Shown: positions 37,816-52,800 of the stretch, piece after piece
Layout of the letters: every line of letters starts with the position of its first letter
Numbering within the stretch: position 1 is the first letter of the stretch
DNA from: Octopus bimaculoides
Taxonomy: Eukaryota
DNA: 64,000 bases
Reading direction: 5' to 3'
NCBI RefSeq assembly: GCF_001194135.2
Contig: NC_068995.1
Span: 36,576,460 to 36,640,459, forward strand
Notes under the pieces: generated by a model
The model's database searches: none
What the model was told of the DNA's origin: nothing
Seen by the model: only the letters and a program-made list of their open reading frames with translations
Position numbers and translations under genes: made by a program

Positions 37816-38684
37816 CTGCAAAAAAAAAAAAAAAAAAGATTTCATTTAGAATGGTCCATAAATAAAATCCCACATTTAAGCCTCCAGAGTATTCTTGTTT
37901 ACGTGGAAGTATCAAACCAAATTTTATTCTATTGGTTATGTAAAACTTTAAGAATATATATGAAGCCAATAGATGCTGAAAGTAATTCAATATGAGAACA
38001 AAAATTAAGCAGGAAAAAAAACTTAAAACAAACCGAATTCTAGAGGCAATTATTGTTACTAGTTTTACAAATAAACAGACAGACTACATCTATGCAAAAA
38101 TATAAACAACCTATCAATGTACAAGTAATCTAAACTATATCTAATGTATGACAACATTAAAAAACAGCTATATTCAAATATACAATTCAAAAACATCAGT
38201 TGATAAAAGTTATTCTTTCCATTAAGAAGTATGGAAGACAACTCTGTACATAGTTTGCTTTCGCTGAAGTTTTTCGATCTAAGTGCTGCTTCACTCAATC
38301 ATCAAAAGTATTCAAGATCTAACTGCTGAGGCTTACAAATAAGGCATACAAAGCATAGCTGCTCATCACTTTAATGTTATCTTCATAATACTTTAAACAG
38401 GTGTCTTCATCCTATGACATTTCATTGATGAGACATTTTAATGCACAATTAACAATTCTATTTTTTACCTGTTCCTGTCACTGGAACCAAATTCATTCAT
38501 TGGGCTTTGATCGGCCTGGGGCTATAGTAGAAGACACTTGCCTAAAAAGCCATATGCAGTAGGACTGAATCCAAAACCATGCGTCTGCAAAGTGAACCAC
38601 TAATTTCTGATATATTTTCACTCGTTCATTACAGTCAATGTCCAGTTTCTATCTTTAATTGAAATTGGACATTTCTATCTTTAA

Positions 38685-38880
38685 TTAAGGCAGTGAGCTG
38701 GCAGAATCATTAGCATGCCAGATGAAATGCTTAGCTGTATTTCATCCCTCTTCATGTCCTAAGTTTAAATTCCACCAAAGTCAATTTGGCCCTTCATCCC
38801 TTTGAGATTAATAAAATAAGTACCAGTTGAGTACTGAAGGTCAAAATTGTTGGTCTTGTACAAAAACTTGAAATCAATTT
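38685..38880 (+). mobile_element. SINE family C (representative). Others near 410, 880, 6010, 33890, 48870
   Basis: Recurrent GAGCTGGCAGAATC.TTAGCA....AAATGCTTAG...GTCAA.TTTGCCTTTCATCC motif. Confidence 0.7.
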
Positions 38881-40052
38881 CCATCTTTAATTAGTATTTA
38901 CCTTCATATTTGTTTCAAACTTAAATTAATTAACAACATACATTAAACAGACCATAATCATATTGTTCTTGACCATTACTAGAAATACATCAAAAAAGAA
39001 ATCCTTTGTTATCGACAAAGCAGTTTGGTGAACTTCGTACACTTGCTATTACACTGGTTTCAAACATTTACATCAAGTGCTATACTTTCAATTTATCTCA
39101 TGGTGTTGATGTAGTGGATGGGGACTCTACACAACATGACAATTTTTCATAGAGATTTACTTTGCATATTGTTGAAGACCTTCTTTAAGTCAAAGTTGAC
39201 CAAATACAGCTTTTCAAACTCATGATTCAATGTTGCCAAACATGACAATTTGTTCACTGCACAACCTTCCATTTCTGAATCCCACCTGTTCCTGTCATAG
39301 ATTTTCATTAACCTCCTTCTTTAGGCAGGTAAAGGAGGTCACTGCAGAACAGTTTGTAAGAAACAGACAGCAGATTTATTCCGTAATTATTGCAATTGCT
39401 TAGAGCGCCTTTCTTAAGCATTGCTGCTAGCATTATTATCCCTGGTTTCAATAACTTCTTCTTTGTGCGCACACACACACATACAAACACACACGTTTGT
39501 CTTTGTGTTATAACAAAAACGATCTAACATTAAAATGGAAACCTATTCAAAGCTTTTTAGTAAAGTACATGTTTATTATGCTTTTATAACAAAATGGATG
39601 TCAATGACTTCAATGTTTTAGCCTACTTGCTTTTATCAGACTGTAGCCAACAGGCCAAAATTTCAAAATCACTAACACCCCTTTTCTTGAAAAGCTTAAT
39701 AAATATATAAATACAGAAAATAAAAGAATACTTGAATGCAGAACAGCTTTGAAGACAGGTTAGAAAATCAGGTAAATATCCTTTAGAAGACGGAAAATCA
39801 AACCTTATACCTCTTAAATTCCAGTTGAACACTCTGAACCATTAAGGTAAGAGACCAGCCCATATAAGTTTGTTTACAAGTTCTCATATATATATATGGT
39901 CCATTCTGCTGGGTGGTTGGTGTTAGAAAGGGCATCCAACCATGAAAACCTTGCCAAAACAGACACAGAGGTCTGGTGCAGTCTTCTGCTTGGCCAGCTC
40001 CAGTCAAACCATCCAACCCATGCCAACTTGGAAGGTAGATGTTAAACGATGA

Positions 40053-40087
<35 letters not shown>

Positions 40088-40588
40088 AATACACACATAC
40101 GTTTCATTAACGAACTTCAGAAAATAGTGAGATCATTTCTATAATTAACAACCCATCATTAAACAAGTTCTTAAAATAGAAACTGAAGCTTTTTTTTTTA
40201 TATGCATCTTTTTTTTTACTGCCCAACAAACAGAACAGATTTTCACATTCTGTGATTTAAAGGAATAAAACCATCTTGGCATTAATGCTGCATAATGTCT
40301 TTGTTTGAATTTCTACTTTTACTTGAAGATAGGGCAAGTTATCTATAATACTAATCCTCTACCTATTCACCTTCACCTTTCTACCTTTCGTCAGTTTTCT
40401 TTTTAAACCAATACAAATGAAATACTTAGGTGTAATTCAAATAATTATGATCAAATTAGAAGAGACCAGTTTCAGTGTTAATTTTTAGTAGTAGATAATT
40501 AGTTGCTGTCATACTGTTTTGCTTTATCCGAATAGAAAGAGAATATGGGCTGACACTGAGTTGTATTTTTACTTGATATACTTCCTCT

Positions 40589-40975
40589 GTGGAGGCACAA
40601 TGGCCCACTGGTTAGGGCAGCGCACTTGCGGTCATAGGATTGCGGTTTCAATTCCCAGACCGGGCGTTGTGAGTGTTTATTGTACGAAAACACCTAAAGC
40701 TCCACGAGACTCCGGCAGGGGATGGTGGCGAACCCTACTATACTCTTTCACCACAACTTTCTCTCACTCTTACTTCCTGTTTCTGTTGTACCTGTAATTC
40801 AAAGGGTCAGCCTTGTCACACTGTGTCACGCTGAATATCCCCGAGAACTATGTTAAGGGTACACGTATCTGTGGAGTGCTCAGCCATTTGCACGTTAATT
40901 TCACGAGCAGGCTGTTCCGTTGATCGGATCAACTGGAACCCTCGACGTCGTAAGCGACGGAGTGCCAACAACAAT
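40589..40975 (+). mobile_element. Young tRNA-headed SINE with conserved central/3' core (Nin-domain-like); near-identical inverted copy at 62238-62633; older relatives at ~18760-19040, ~32180-32560, ~45320-45445
   Basis: tRNA-like head (TGGCCCA..GGTTAGGG...GTTTCAATTCC). Long identity between the two copies. The family name is from memory. Confidence 0.75.
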
Positions 40976-43162
40976 ACTTCCTCTAATCAAAAGCTAAGAC
41001 AACTCATCAAAACATTGGGAAACAACCAAAAATAAAATTCAAAAGAAATTTAAACTTGAATTTTTTTTTAAATGTAAAAATATTCTCATGGATTTTGGAA
41101 TTTACATTAACACTTTTACTATATTTCTGTTGAAATACACAGCTTGGTTTCTACAAATCTTGAAATTGAAAATAAAGAATTTATTAAAATAGCTTGATAA
41201 GCTGATGCTTGCAACAAATTAGCCTGAAATTCTAATGGAAAATTTTAATTAAGAGAATATCGAAACAGGGAGTTTGCATCATAGAATCAGGGCAGATTCA
41301 GGTAGGTCAGTACCAAAATTGTTAATAATTATCATTTCTAATTTCTTTTTGCGTTATGCTGACTTCTTCCATTATGTCTACTTCTTAATTTTTTTCATTA
41401 GTTAATTAATTACATTAACTCTCAGCACACAACCTAGGAACAAACACTCGTTATCAATTATCTATCAATGTCAATAAAGAGAATTCAGCTTTAAAAATCA
41501 AGTTTTGTCTTTTAATAATGAAACTTTTTTTATAATTCTTCACTAAAATTCCAAGATACAACCAATCAAAGTGCAATGCTTGTATAGCTTATGCAATAAA
41601 ACTAGACTCAGAAATCTACTAATTGTAACACTATACCTTAAATATAGTAGCTACTTACAAGAGAAAACCTTTAAGGTGTATAAATGTTTAATACACCTTA
41701 ACTTTGAACCATATATTAATCACTATAAGAAACTATAGATAAATAATTCTTTCAAAATTTCTGACAAATACTACATAACAAATAACTGTACCTGTACTAA
41801 AGTGGTCAGATTTAAACTAAAATTTCATGTGATTTCAGTTGGTCAGCAACACCAACATAATATACCAATATATAAAGTTATAGATATTTTCCCAAACTCC
41901 TCCAAAATCTTGATAAGCCTAAAATTTAACTAGTTTTCTAATCATTAAAAGCTGAAAGAATTAAATATGAATTTAGCCTTTGTTGAACACAAGTTCTGTT
42001 TATGATTAGTAAAGCTGGTATAAAAAGAAAAGCTATAACACAGTAGCATTTAAACCGGCCATATCTGGCCTAATTATTCTACCTGTTTATGTTCTAACTG
42101 GCCAGAACCAGCCTTTCACACCTATCCTACAATGTCCTTTTTAAAATCACATCATCGAAATCTTGGACAGCCATATCTGGTCTAATTATTCTACCTGTTT
42201 ATGTTCTAACTGGCCAGAACCAGCCTTTCACACCTATCCTACAATGTCATTTTTAAAATCACACCATCGAAATTTTGGAGCTACAAGTTAAAGCAGGATA
42301 AATTCAAAACAATGCCAATAAATAAGCATTACATTTGATAAAGTAATGTGAATGCTAAATTAACCAACACAAGAAACTATCTTTATTCATTAAAGTAATC
42401 ACTCAGTGCATAAAAGGTCTAATAAGAGTAAGAAATATAATAAAAGAAAAGAAAAATTTAAATTAATCAAGGAATGAAAGTACAAATAGTTAATTACAGT
42501 AAGCCAGAAGCAGTTTTTCAATGACATTCAAATAACACTCCAACTACTTTTACCATGTACATGTGTGTATCTATCTGTCTATAAATAAATTACACACACG
42601 CATTTCTATAGTAGATAAAACTTGATGGCCTTTACAGTAGAGTTTTTTTATCAATTCCCTTCTACCAACAAAATTATATCCTGACAACTGTTCTATTTAC
42701 TATAAATATATCCTGTGGTTATTTCAGCATTTTAGAGAACAGCCAATTTACCATCCATTATTACTTAACAAAAGCAATTCAGTTAAACATGAAAACATAA
42801 ACATATAGAAAAGCTAACATCTGCCACAAAGTGTATGTAAATGAACATATTTTAATAGAATGAAACAAAATTGGAAATGATCTGCAAACATCAGTAAATA
42901 ATGTTAAAGAGACATGGCTTTAGGTGAAGGTGTAGCAAGATGCTTGTTTCCCAACCATGTGGTCTTGGGTTCAGTCCCACTATGTGGCACCTTGGGCAAG
43001 TGTCTCTCACTATAGCTCAGAACCAGCCACAACCTTGTTAGTGGATTTGAAAGAAGCCCATTGTATGAGTTTCTCTCATCATAATCATTTAATGTCTGTT
43101 TTCCATGCTGGCATGGGTTGGACATATATAATTATCTCTCTCTCTCTCTCTCTCTCTTTATA

Positions 43163-43196
<34 letters not shown>

Positions 43197-43630
43197 NNNN
43201 NNNNNNNNNNNNNNNNNNNNNNNNNNNNNNNNNNNNNNNNNNNNNNNNNNNNNNNNNNNNNNNNNNNNNNNNNNNNNNNNNNNNNNNNNNNNNNNNNNNN
43301 NNNNNNNNNNNNNNNNNNNNNNNNNNNNNNNNNNNNNNNNNNNNNNNNNNNNNNNNNNNNNNNNNNNNNNNNNNNNNNNNNNNNNNNNNNNNNNNNNNNN
43401 NNNNNNNNNNNNNNNNNNNNNNNNNNNNNNNNNNNNNNNNNNNNNNNNNNNNNNNNNNNNNNNNNNNNNNNNNNNNNNNNNNNNNNNNNNNNNNNNNNNN
43501 NNNNNNNNNNNNNNNNNNNNNNNNNNNNNNNNNNNNNNNNNNNNNNNNNNNNNNNNNNNNNNNNNNNNNNNNNNNNNNNNNNNNNNNNNNNNNNNNNNNN
43601 NNNNNNNNNNNNNNNNNNNNNNNNNNNNNN

Positions 43631-43674
<44 letters not shown>

Positions 43675-45599
43675 GTGTGCATTTTGTTTTTACACTGCTT
43701 GACAACTGGTGTTGGTTTGTTTACATTGCTATAACTTAGCAGTTCAGCAAGAAGAGACTGATAGGAATAAGTACCAAGCTTATAAGTACTGGGATTGATT
43801 TGTTCAACAAAACCCATCAAGGCAGAGCTCCAGCTTGGCCACAGTCAAAAGACTGAATCAAGTGAAAGGAGACTAACAATCAACCAAAGTCTTTAAGAAA
43901 CAAACAGCTATTGGAGATCTATTTAAAATCTGTGAGAGAGAGAAAAATAGATAAATGAATGAATCAGCGTCCAAGAGTTGTTTACAAGAGACTCTTCCTT
44001 ACTATTAAGAGACAAAATCTTAATGGAAAAAGAGCAGAGTAAAAAAAAAAAAATTAATTAGCATCATACATTTTTCAAGTATTGATTGAAGCTATTTGCT
44101 TATTACATTCAATTAGTTTCCATGTCACTTCACTATGATTGGTACCTAAAGTGCAACTACTCATCTTCAATAAAACTCAATATATGCATCTTTATAGAAA
44201 ATGCATGATAGTTGTAGGAGAAGCTGTGTGGCTGAAAAGTTTGCTTCCCAACTATATGGTCTAGGGTTCAGTTCCTCTATGCAGCACCCTTAGGCAAGTA
44301 TCAGCCACTATAGCCCCAGGCCAACCACAGCCTTGTGAGTGGATTTGGTAGATAGAAACCCATTGTGTGTGTGTGTTTGTGTGCATGGGCATCAGTGTTT
44401 GTTCCCTACCACCCCTAAACAACCTGTTTTGGTTTGTTTACATCACTCATAACTTTGGAGTTTGGCAAAAGAAACTGGTAAGTACAAGGTTTAAAAAAAA
44501 AAGGACTGGGGTTCATTTGTTTGATTATTGCCTTCAAGGCAGTGCCCCAGCATGGCCACAACCCAATAACTAAAACAATTAGAAGATAAAAGAACTTGAA
44601 AGTAAAATGGCCCCTAAGATTAGGTTTGTGGGACCATCTGTTTATGTTGTTTAGCCCTGCACCCCCACCAAATCAACCCTGAGTGAATTATTATCAAAAG
44701 CATTCCAGCCAGGATCAGCTTTTCTGCCCTCATCCACCATTATCCAAAGTGCCTTTTTTAAGATGGTGGGGATTAATTTGTGGAAGATGTAACTGCTATT
44801 TGTAGTGGGTTGAGTAACAACATAGTAATTTCTTTAACACAGAAGCAAAATGTAGTTAATTTGAAGATAAGCTTGAAAAATGCATAATAATGTATCGAAC
44901 ATACTGTTGTTGTTGTTGGTATTATCAATAATATTAATATGATTTTTGTTTTTGTACAAACCTGTTGTGTGCATCACACTTACTTCAAAGAAGTGGCAAA
45001 GCGAAAGAGAGAAGGACAGAGAGGAAGTGAGAGTGAGAGAGTGAAAGAGACAGTGAGTAGTGATGGTGTTCGTTTTATGTTTTTAAATGTTTCAGAGAGG
45101 ACGGAAGAGTGAGAGAGAGAGAAAGAGAGTGGAAGAGACAGTGAGATATGTATGCACATTGTTAAATCAAAAGCAGGAGAGAAGAGTGACACAGAGGAAG
45201 TGAAAGAGAGAAAGTGAGAGAGAGAGAGTAGATACATAAATCCAAAGAAAAGTTCATAGATAGATACATAGACACAGCAAATATTGGCTGTCAATTTCAC
45301 TTTTCATTACCACACAAGGATAAAATTAACTCACAAATGGCTGAGTACTCCACAGACATGCATAACATTAACGTAGCTCTCCGGGAGATTCAGCCTCACA
45401 CAGAATATGACAAGGCTGGCCTCTTTGAATTACAGCTACAACTCCAAACATATACATATATATGAATGTATTTGTGTGTGTGCATAGTTTAGGTTAGTTA
45501 AAACATGTTTGAAATAATAAGTGTCGCGTGGTGGAAATAAACGTAATAACCAAATTTTCATTCATAAATCCATTCATTATTTTGTGCTTTTGCATTTCA

Positions 45600-46320
45600 A
45601 TTTGTACATTTGTTCCCAGAAATTTTCAACAACTGCACACCAGAAGAAATGGAAAAACGAGTAATTTTATCTCCTAAAAATTCTGACAGTCTTGCAATAA
45701 ATGAAAAAGTTCTTAATATTATACCAGAGGCACTTAAAATGTACTTAAGCACAGTTTCAGTGTCCTGCAATAATTAAGAGGAGGTTCAGAACTTCCTATT
45801 TGAATTCATAAACTCACTCACTCCATCCAGTATGCCTCCTCATCGCCTCAACTTAAAAGTAGGGGCTATTATAATGTTGCTAAGAAATCTTTCAATCAGT
45901 CAAGGATTAGGTAATGGAACTCACATGAAAGTGCAAAGACTTCATGAACATTGTGTAGAGGTATCACTGGTAACAGGCCCCAACAAAGGTCGTGCAGTTC
46001 TAATTCCCAGAATTAAACTTAGGAGACACAGGAAGCTCAAGTGATGCAAATATTCCATTCACACTAAACAGACTTCAGTTTCCACTTCGACTTGCATATT
46101 CAATGACAATTAATAAGGCTCAAGGGCAAACATTTGAAAAAGTTGGAATACATTTACCTCAAGTGGTATTTTCTCATGGCCAATTATATGTCACATTTTC
46201 AAGAGCACGAGCTATGAACAATATCAAATTAAGAGCTAACACTCAAATGGGATAACAGACAAGGCCAAAAACGTGATGTGAAATACACACAAAATATTGT
46301 CTACCATGAAGTACTGAGGA
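45600..46320 (+). mobile_element. Helitron RepHel C-terminal PIF1-like helicase fragment
   Basis: Peptides RVILSPKN, MPPHRLNLKVGAIIMLLRNL...GNGT, RLQFPLRLAYSMTINKAQGQT, VFSHGQLYVTFSR and terminal NIVYHEVL. Stops and frameshift present. Confidence 0.9.
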
Positions 46321-47830
46321 AGACCACCTCACCAGCTAGCATCACTACCACACCATCATTACACATTCACATTACATCTTTAAGATTGGGGAACCAGTTA
46401 GGGACTCACTGGATCTCTCTCGGCATATCAGCAAGCCACAAAACCGCACCAGCCAGCATCACCACTATAACTCCTTCTCTGCCTCTGTTTCCTTGCCAAC
46501 ACATAACTATTTATCACATTCTCTCTTCTATTAGATAGGCAGTTCTCAACCATTTTTTACCAAAGGATCCCTTTGACTCCTATTTTGCTTAGGTCGACCC
46601 CCATAGCTATTCAATGTTTAAAAAGATCTTATATTTTTATAATTAAATATTAGGACTTTGTATAAAAATTGTGCAAATGTTTTGTGTAATAAGGATGTGT
46701 AACCAATTTATTGCACATAAACTTTACTGTCTGAAGCGCAATTTTTTCATAGCACCTGAAAAATTACCATGGACCCCCAATTTATTACATTGCATCTGTG
46801 GACCCACAGGGTCCCTATGGACCCCTGTATTACATCCTCCCTTTCCATTCTATTTATTGGCTCATCTACCACACCCATATTCATCTATTCACCCTTTCAG
46901 TCATGCTTGCTTTGAATGGAGATAGGGGAAGCCTTGAGTAGAAAGGACTTCATTCTTGTAGGTGAACAAGGCAATCTTACTAGTGCTGGAGCCATAATGA
47001 AATGCACTATGTACACTACAAAGTGCTTTAAGGAAGGGTATCCAGCCATCAAAACCCTGCCAAATGAAAGGTACCAGAATGAAATGGTCCTCCAACCTTT
47101 AAAAGGCAGTAACTCTGAATAGGGGTTGATTTGGACTGTGACAATCCATCCAACAAATGCCAGTACGGAAAGCAGACAAAATAATGAAAGAATAATGAAA
47201 TAAAGAGAAATCAGCCTACTAAAAGTTGTAAATAATCTCTAAAGTATGACACAAACCTTACACAATCTCACTGGCAAAATGCCTGATTTTACAAAAATTT
47301 CAAATGTATAGACATAAACATAGAATACTTTATTTTGTTAAACTTGGAAAGTAAGATAATTAAAACAATATAGTTAATGGTAAAGTGGGCACCAGCATAC
47401 TGAATGTAGTAAGCCAAAGAACCTTAATTAGATAAATAGATTAATTAATATAGTTAATGTTTGACTTGAATTGTTACAACTTCATGCTTGACAAGGAAAC
47501 ATAAGCAGGTAAGGAGTTGAGGTTAGAAAAGAAAGTGTTTAAAGGTGATTAGAGAGACAGTGTGAGTATTTAATTAGAGGCTACCTCTAATTAAATAGGC
47601 TTCTCCCAGATGTCACATGAAGTATATTTAATCAGGGGTGGCATTAAATGAGAAAAGCAAGTTCAAACAAGGAGCATGGCCTTTGGAGTAGTTTATAAAA
47701 ACAGTACTATGAGTTTTTTTTTTTTCAATGCAATGTAATATTGGGGTAGAGTATTTTTAAGGTAAATACTTTTAAAGAAAGGGCTATGCACTAAGTGAGG
47801 AAAGGAACTTATGCAGGAGGTAATGCTTAA

Positions 47831-48051
47831 CCCTTTCGTTACTGTATTTATTTTGAGATGCTCTGTGTTTCTTTCAATTACTTTAAATGTAACAAAGAAT
47901 TTAGTAAAATAACTTAGTTATCATTCAGCTAGTGTTAGGAATATAAATTATGACTAAGGTTTAGTGGAAGATTTTAATTAAAAACTTATGAAAACAAGAC
48001 ATTTGTACTACAGAGCCAGAGCCGGTTTCAGCAGGGTTGGTAACGAAAGGG
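47831..48051. mobile_element. piggyBac-type MITE
   Basis: Perfect 12-bp TIR CCCTTTCGTTAC / GTAACGAAAGGG, with TTAA on both sides. Confidence 0.85.
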
Positions 48052-49461
48052 TTAAAGCTGAGGTTTCCAAATATTGTATTGCTTGACTTAGCAAACAGAT
48101 ACAATTAGATGGTGTATTGGTGAATAATGGTTTTAAATATATTATGTACATAAATAGGAGTTTACATTAAGACTGATCCTTCCTGTGTCTCCTAAAATGC
48201 AACTTCGAAAGAGAGCATAGTATATTGGCCAGACACACTTCAGTGGTTATTTTTTGTAGATTTTAACTAATTACAAAAGTATATTTGGGGTTGTTTATGA
48301 TTACATGCATTAGCTTTGAGATGCTGAAAGTGAGTTTGAGAGATTGATAGTTAACAAAATAAAAGACATTAGTTAGTTTGGGAGATGGAACACACTGTTG
48401 TGAACTTCCATAGGTTGGGGTACATTCCAAACAAACAAAATATTGAAGAATTAGAGGCAATAAAATGTAGCTCAAAAGTGGTCTGGAAAACTTCCAGAAC
48501 TAACCACTTTGTTGATTTGAAGTACCTGGAAGAATTTTTACACCTGATGACTGTCAAGCAGAATACTTGATTCTTTCTTTTCATTTGTATAACCAATAGG
48601 AATAAGTATCTGATCTTAATAGGGCTGATTAACTTCATTGGACATCTCAAAATATATAACAGTGAGGAAACAAAGAACTTTATCACACTAGTGCCTGACA
48701 TGACACAAATATTTACTTTCATTACCATTTATAATGATGTAACTACCGACCAAGTGACTAAACTGTTTCACCTAGTCTTTTAGTCCTGCCTCTGTTATTT
48801 TGTAGAAAGTAGAATTTTCTTCACTTGGTTGTTTCACTCACTAATTCAGCCACTTAGTCATAATAGTGGCTTCAAATTTTGATACAAGGCCAGCAATTTG
48901 GGGAGAGGGAATAAGTTGATTATCAACTCCAGTGCTCCACTGGTACTTATTTTATTGACCATGAATGGATGAAAGGCAAAGTTGACCTCAGTGGAATTTC
49001 AACTCAGAGCATATAGATGGATGAAATGCCGCTAAGCATTTTGCCTGGCATGCTAACGATTCTGGCAGCTTGCCGACTTTCACTTAGTCATAACATTACT
49101 ACACAAGTGTACTATATTGATCTTTTGTTCAGCTAAAAACACTTTCATGCTTTTAATTTTTCTATGTCAACTCGAATCCACTTTCCATTCATAAAATGTT
49201 TTAACCACACAGGGTTAAGTAATCATATAAAAAACACAAAAAAACATATACAACCCACTTTTAGTTTCCCCAATTCTGTCAAGCAGTTATTACGTTAAAG
49301 CTATTTTAATATAATGATGTGATAAACTTGGTTTATCATATGTATAAGCCCATTAAGATTTGAACTCTGCACTGCAAACTTCCAGCCTACTAATGTCAAC
49401 ACCTCCCCATATCAATTTAGAGCTAGGCAGATTGAGTCAGTAAATACTAAATACATTAGAG

Positions 49462-49687
49462 CAGCATTTCTCAACCAGAACCTTAGGGTTCCACAAAAGG
49501 TTCCTAGGGGTTCCACGTGAAAGAGTGAGATAAGCTAATGCTAATTTCATGATCATAATATTACTATACATGCACAACATATTGGTTATTGTAATATAGA
49601 CATCATCCTATCTAACATATTATGTTATCAAAAAATATAACCGACATATATATATANNNNNNNNNNATGTTATCAAAAAATATAACC

Positions 49688-49733
<46 letters not shown>

Positions 49734-49865
49734 ATATTTACCACATGAACTACGATGAAAAATAATTGAGAAAGATATAGTATATAGTTTTTTTGTGCAG
49801 GGTTTCTTTGAGACATGCAATTTATTTTAAGTGTTATGCAAGGGTAAAAAGGTTGAGAAACACTG
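49462..49865. mobile_element. hAT-type MITE
   Basis: TIRs cagcatttctcaacc / ggttgagaaacactg, exact 8-bp TSD CATTAGAG. Confidence 0.85.
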
Positions 49866-52800
49866 CATTAGAGGGAGAATTCAAGCACTGATATTTTAGG
49901 CAATAGAGTACCATGTTAACTTATCTAGCTACAGTTACTTTCATAAAGTATCCCATTCATGTATGATGCAAGTGTCATTAAGATGCCCAGTAAAGTTTGT
50001 TAAATGTAAACAGGTATATCCTCTATACAAACAGAAATGTTTTAAATCATTCATCAAATCAGAGCCTCTGCGCTTAATATGAACTACCTTTAGAGTTAAT
50101 TAGGTCAGGTAATTAACATAACTGATCTACTAATTCTGTTAATCCTTTGTAAATGCACAAACAATCAGAGATTGATTTCCAATCCTTTAGAATACTATAA
50201 AAATGGTTTGACAACATAGTGCATGACTGCTTAAACTAGTATGATAGAGTTGTACTATGAATGTACTTATTAAATGTTAATTATTAACAAAACTGATTTA
50301 TATTCTCTATCTTCCCCTAAATACAAGTACAGCATACATTTGTTGTTGCAATTAACTAGCAAATAATACTGAATAATACTGAATCCCCTCAAAATTATAT
50401 TTATCTATACCGATATAATCTACATTTATTTATAATTATATAAATATTCATATCTATGCAAATTTATACATATTACTGTTTCATTTCATAATTGCAAAAA
50501 AAAAAAAAAATAATAATTTGCTAAATGTCCATTGAACATATAGTAAGCATTTGTTTTACCTTGCTTGCATAAGTTGAACACCTGTGNNNNNNNNNNNNNN
50601 NNNNNNNNNNNNNNNNNNNNNNNNNNNNNNNNNNNNNNNNNNNNNNNNNNNNNNNNNNNNNNNNNNNNNAAAAAAAAAAAAAAAAAAAAAAATTTTTAAT
50701 ATAAAAAACAGAAGGTCACATTATATTCAGGATTACACTGTACTCAAGTAAACAAATAAATATGCTAAGTACAAAACTAATTTAGAAATATGCTTTATGA
50801 ATGAATACTCTTTAACAGCACTGGTTTATTGAACCACCATACATGTAGTTCTGTTGAACAATAGTTTTGTTACTGAATACCTATTGTAAAATTATTTTTG
50901 AAATATTTTAGAGCATAGGCACAGGTGTTGCTGTGTGGAAAGAAGTTTGCTTCCCAACCACACAGTTCAGGATTCAGTCCCACTGTGTGGCACCTTGGGC
51001 AAGTATCTTCTGCTATAGCCTCAGGCTGACCAAAGCCTTTTGAGTGGATTTGGTAGATAGAAACTGAAAGAAGTCGTGTGTGTGCCTTTGTACCTGTGTT
51101 TGTCTCCCACCACCACCACCACCACCGCTTGGCAACCAGTGCTGGTGTGTTTGTCACCGTAACTTTGTGGTTTGGCAAAAGAGACCGATAGAATAAGTAC
51201 TAGACTTTAAAAAAAAAGCACAGGAGTCGATTCATTTGATTAAAAATTCTTCAAGGTGCTGCCCCAGCATGACCGACTGAAACAAGTAACAGATACAAGA
51301 TTGAAGTTCCTTATACGAAATAAATTTCCTAGAAATTCTTTGTACTATTTATTTTGATTTGTACATAATTTTAGCCAATCAGTTTCCAGTTCATTCAATC
51401 TGTTCCTAATTGTCATGTTGCAAGTTCAATTCTTAACGGGGCCTCTAAATCTTTAGAGATAACGGGGAAGAGATTGTTGATTGAACCAGTTCAAAGACTA
51501 CAAAAAAGAAATTACTGAATGGCTAAAAGTCCTTCTCAGTTCAACAACTGACAGCTGTAATTAATATGTAAATAAATTGAATATAGCATTCACTTAGTCA
51601 CAATCTACAAAAAGAAAAAAGTATTCTCAAGAATTAATGACTCATTTCTTAGATCAGTCATCTAAAGTTGAAGCATTCAAAAATAATCAGCAATAACTTC
51701 CTTTATGGGTAATCATATTACACACAGATTACAGTGAAATATTTCACGCTACGTTTATTGCAGTTATTTAATTTAACATCAATAATCCATGTTCACTACA
51801 AATCAACACTGACAGTTTCATTAAAGAATTAGTAAGTAGTGATATTAGAAAGTATAGATGTTAATTAAACTCAACTGCTTACCACTAAACAATATACTAA
51901 AAACGCCTAGCGGCACAAAAACTAGGGTAATGAAGTTTCCCTTTAATTTCAATCGTTAAATAAGTGTAAAAACAAAAGTATATTTTGATTATCAAATAAC
52001 TAATCCTCTGGATTTTATCAAATTTAATTGTTAATAAGAAAAGTTTTGTGGTAATCTGTAGATAATGAAATATGCGAGAGAAAGAAAAGTGATGTGTTTT
52101 ATAATGAATGAATGGATTTACTAAAGCTGAGAGACTAGACAGTCTGTTGTGCTATTCAGTGCCAGTTTCCGTCTAAACTGAATAAATAAACACTATTAGT
52201 CAAAACCAATGAAAGCGTCTATGTGGTAGCTCGACTGCTAGAAACAGCAGCAACATTATCTCAGATCATACACTAACGTCTTTATAAAAAAAAAGATGCA
52301 AATGCACTATATTACGAGATGGTCACGGACAGAACGTCTTTGATAATCGGTTTGCACGATCAGCAGTAAGAGCTACAATAACATTAATACACAGGAAAAA
52401 AAAATAGAGAAAGAAATGTGTGTGAGAGTAGATCGTAGCAGAAGACTAATATGAAAGAGAAGAGTACCAAGTGGAGCGCATCGATATAAGTAGACTAAGA
52501 ATTATATCGCAAGTTGTGTAGTGCAAATAAACAACGAAAATATGCATGAGAAAAAAAGCGATAAAAAAAATATTTTCACGACCAATAACCGAAGTAGTAG
52601 TAGTGTGGTGATAGAAATTATGATGATTTCATAGGGCTATAACTTCCAATAGGATACCATGAAGTAAACATCTGACTTCTCAATACATAAATTAGCTACG
52701 GTACTAAAATTTATCTTCAAACAAAAACTAAGTTGCGAATAAATGTGACAGTTCAAAATGTAAAGCAGAAAATAAACGAGAACTTAGAAGTATTGGACAA

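Noticed and set aside
42058-42281. 112-bp tandem duplication
   Set aside because: Internal duplication of a common piggyBac-type MITE with no independent significance.
42957-43820. Long ORFs in the track spanning N gaps and microsatellites (also 12025.., 33409.., 54097.., 57565.., 59360..)
   Set aside because: Artefacts of N runs and dinucleotide repeats, not proteins.
49615-49700. Direct repeat atgttatcaaaaaatataaccg on both sides of a 10-N gap
   Set aside because: Typical unmerged contig overlap, i.e. an assembly artefact.
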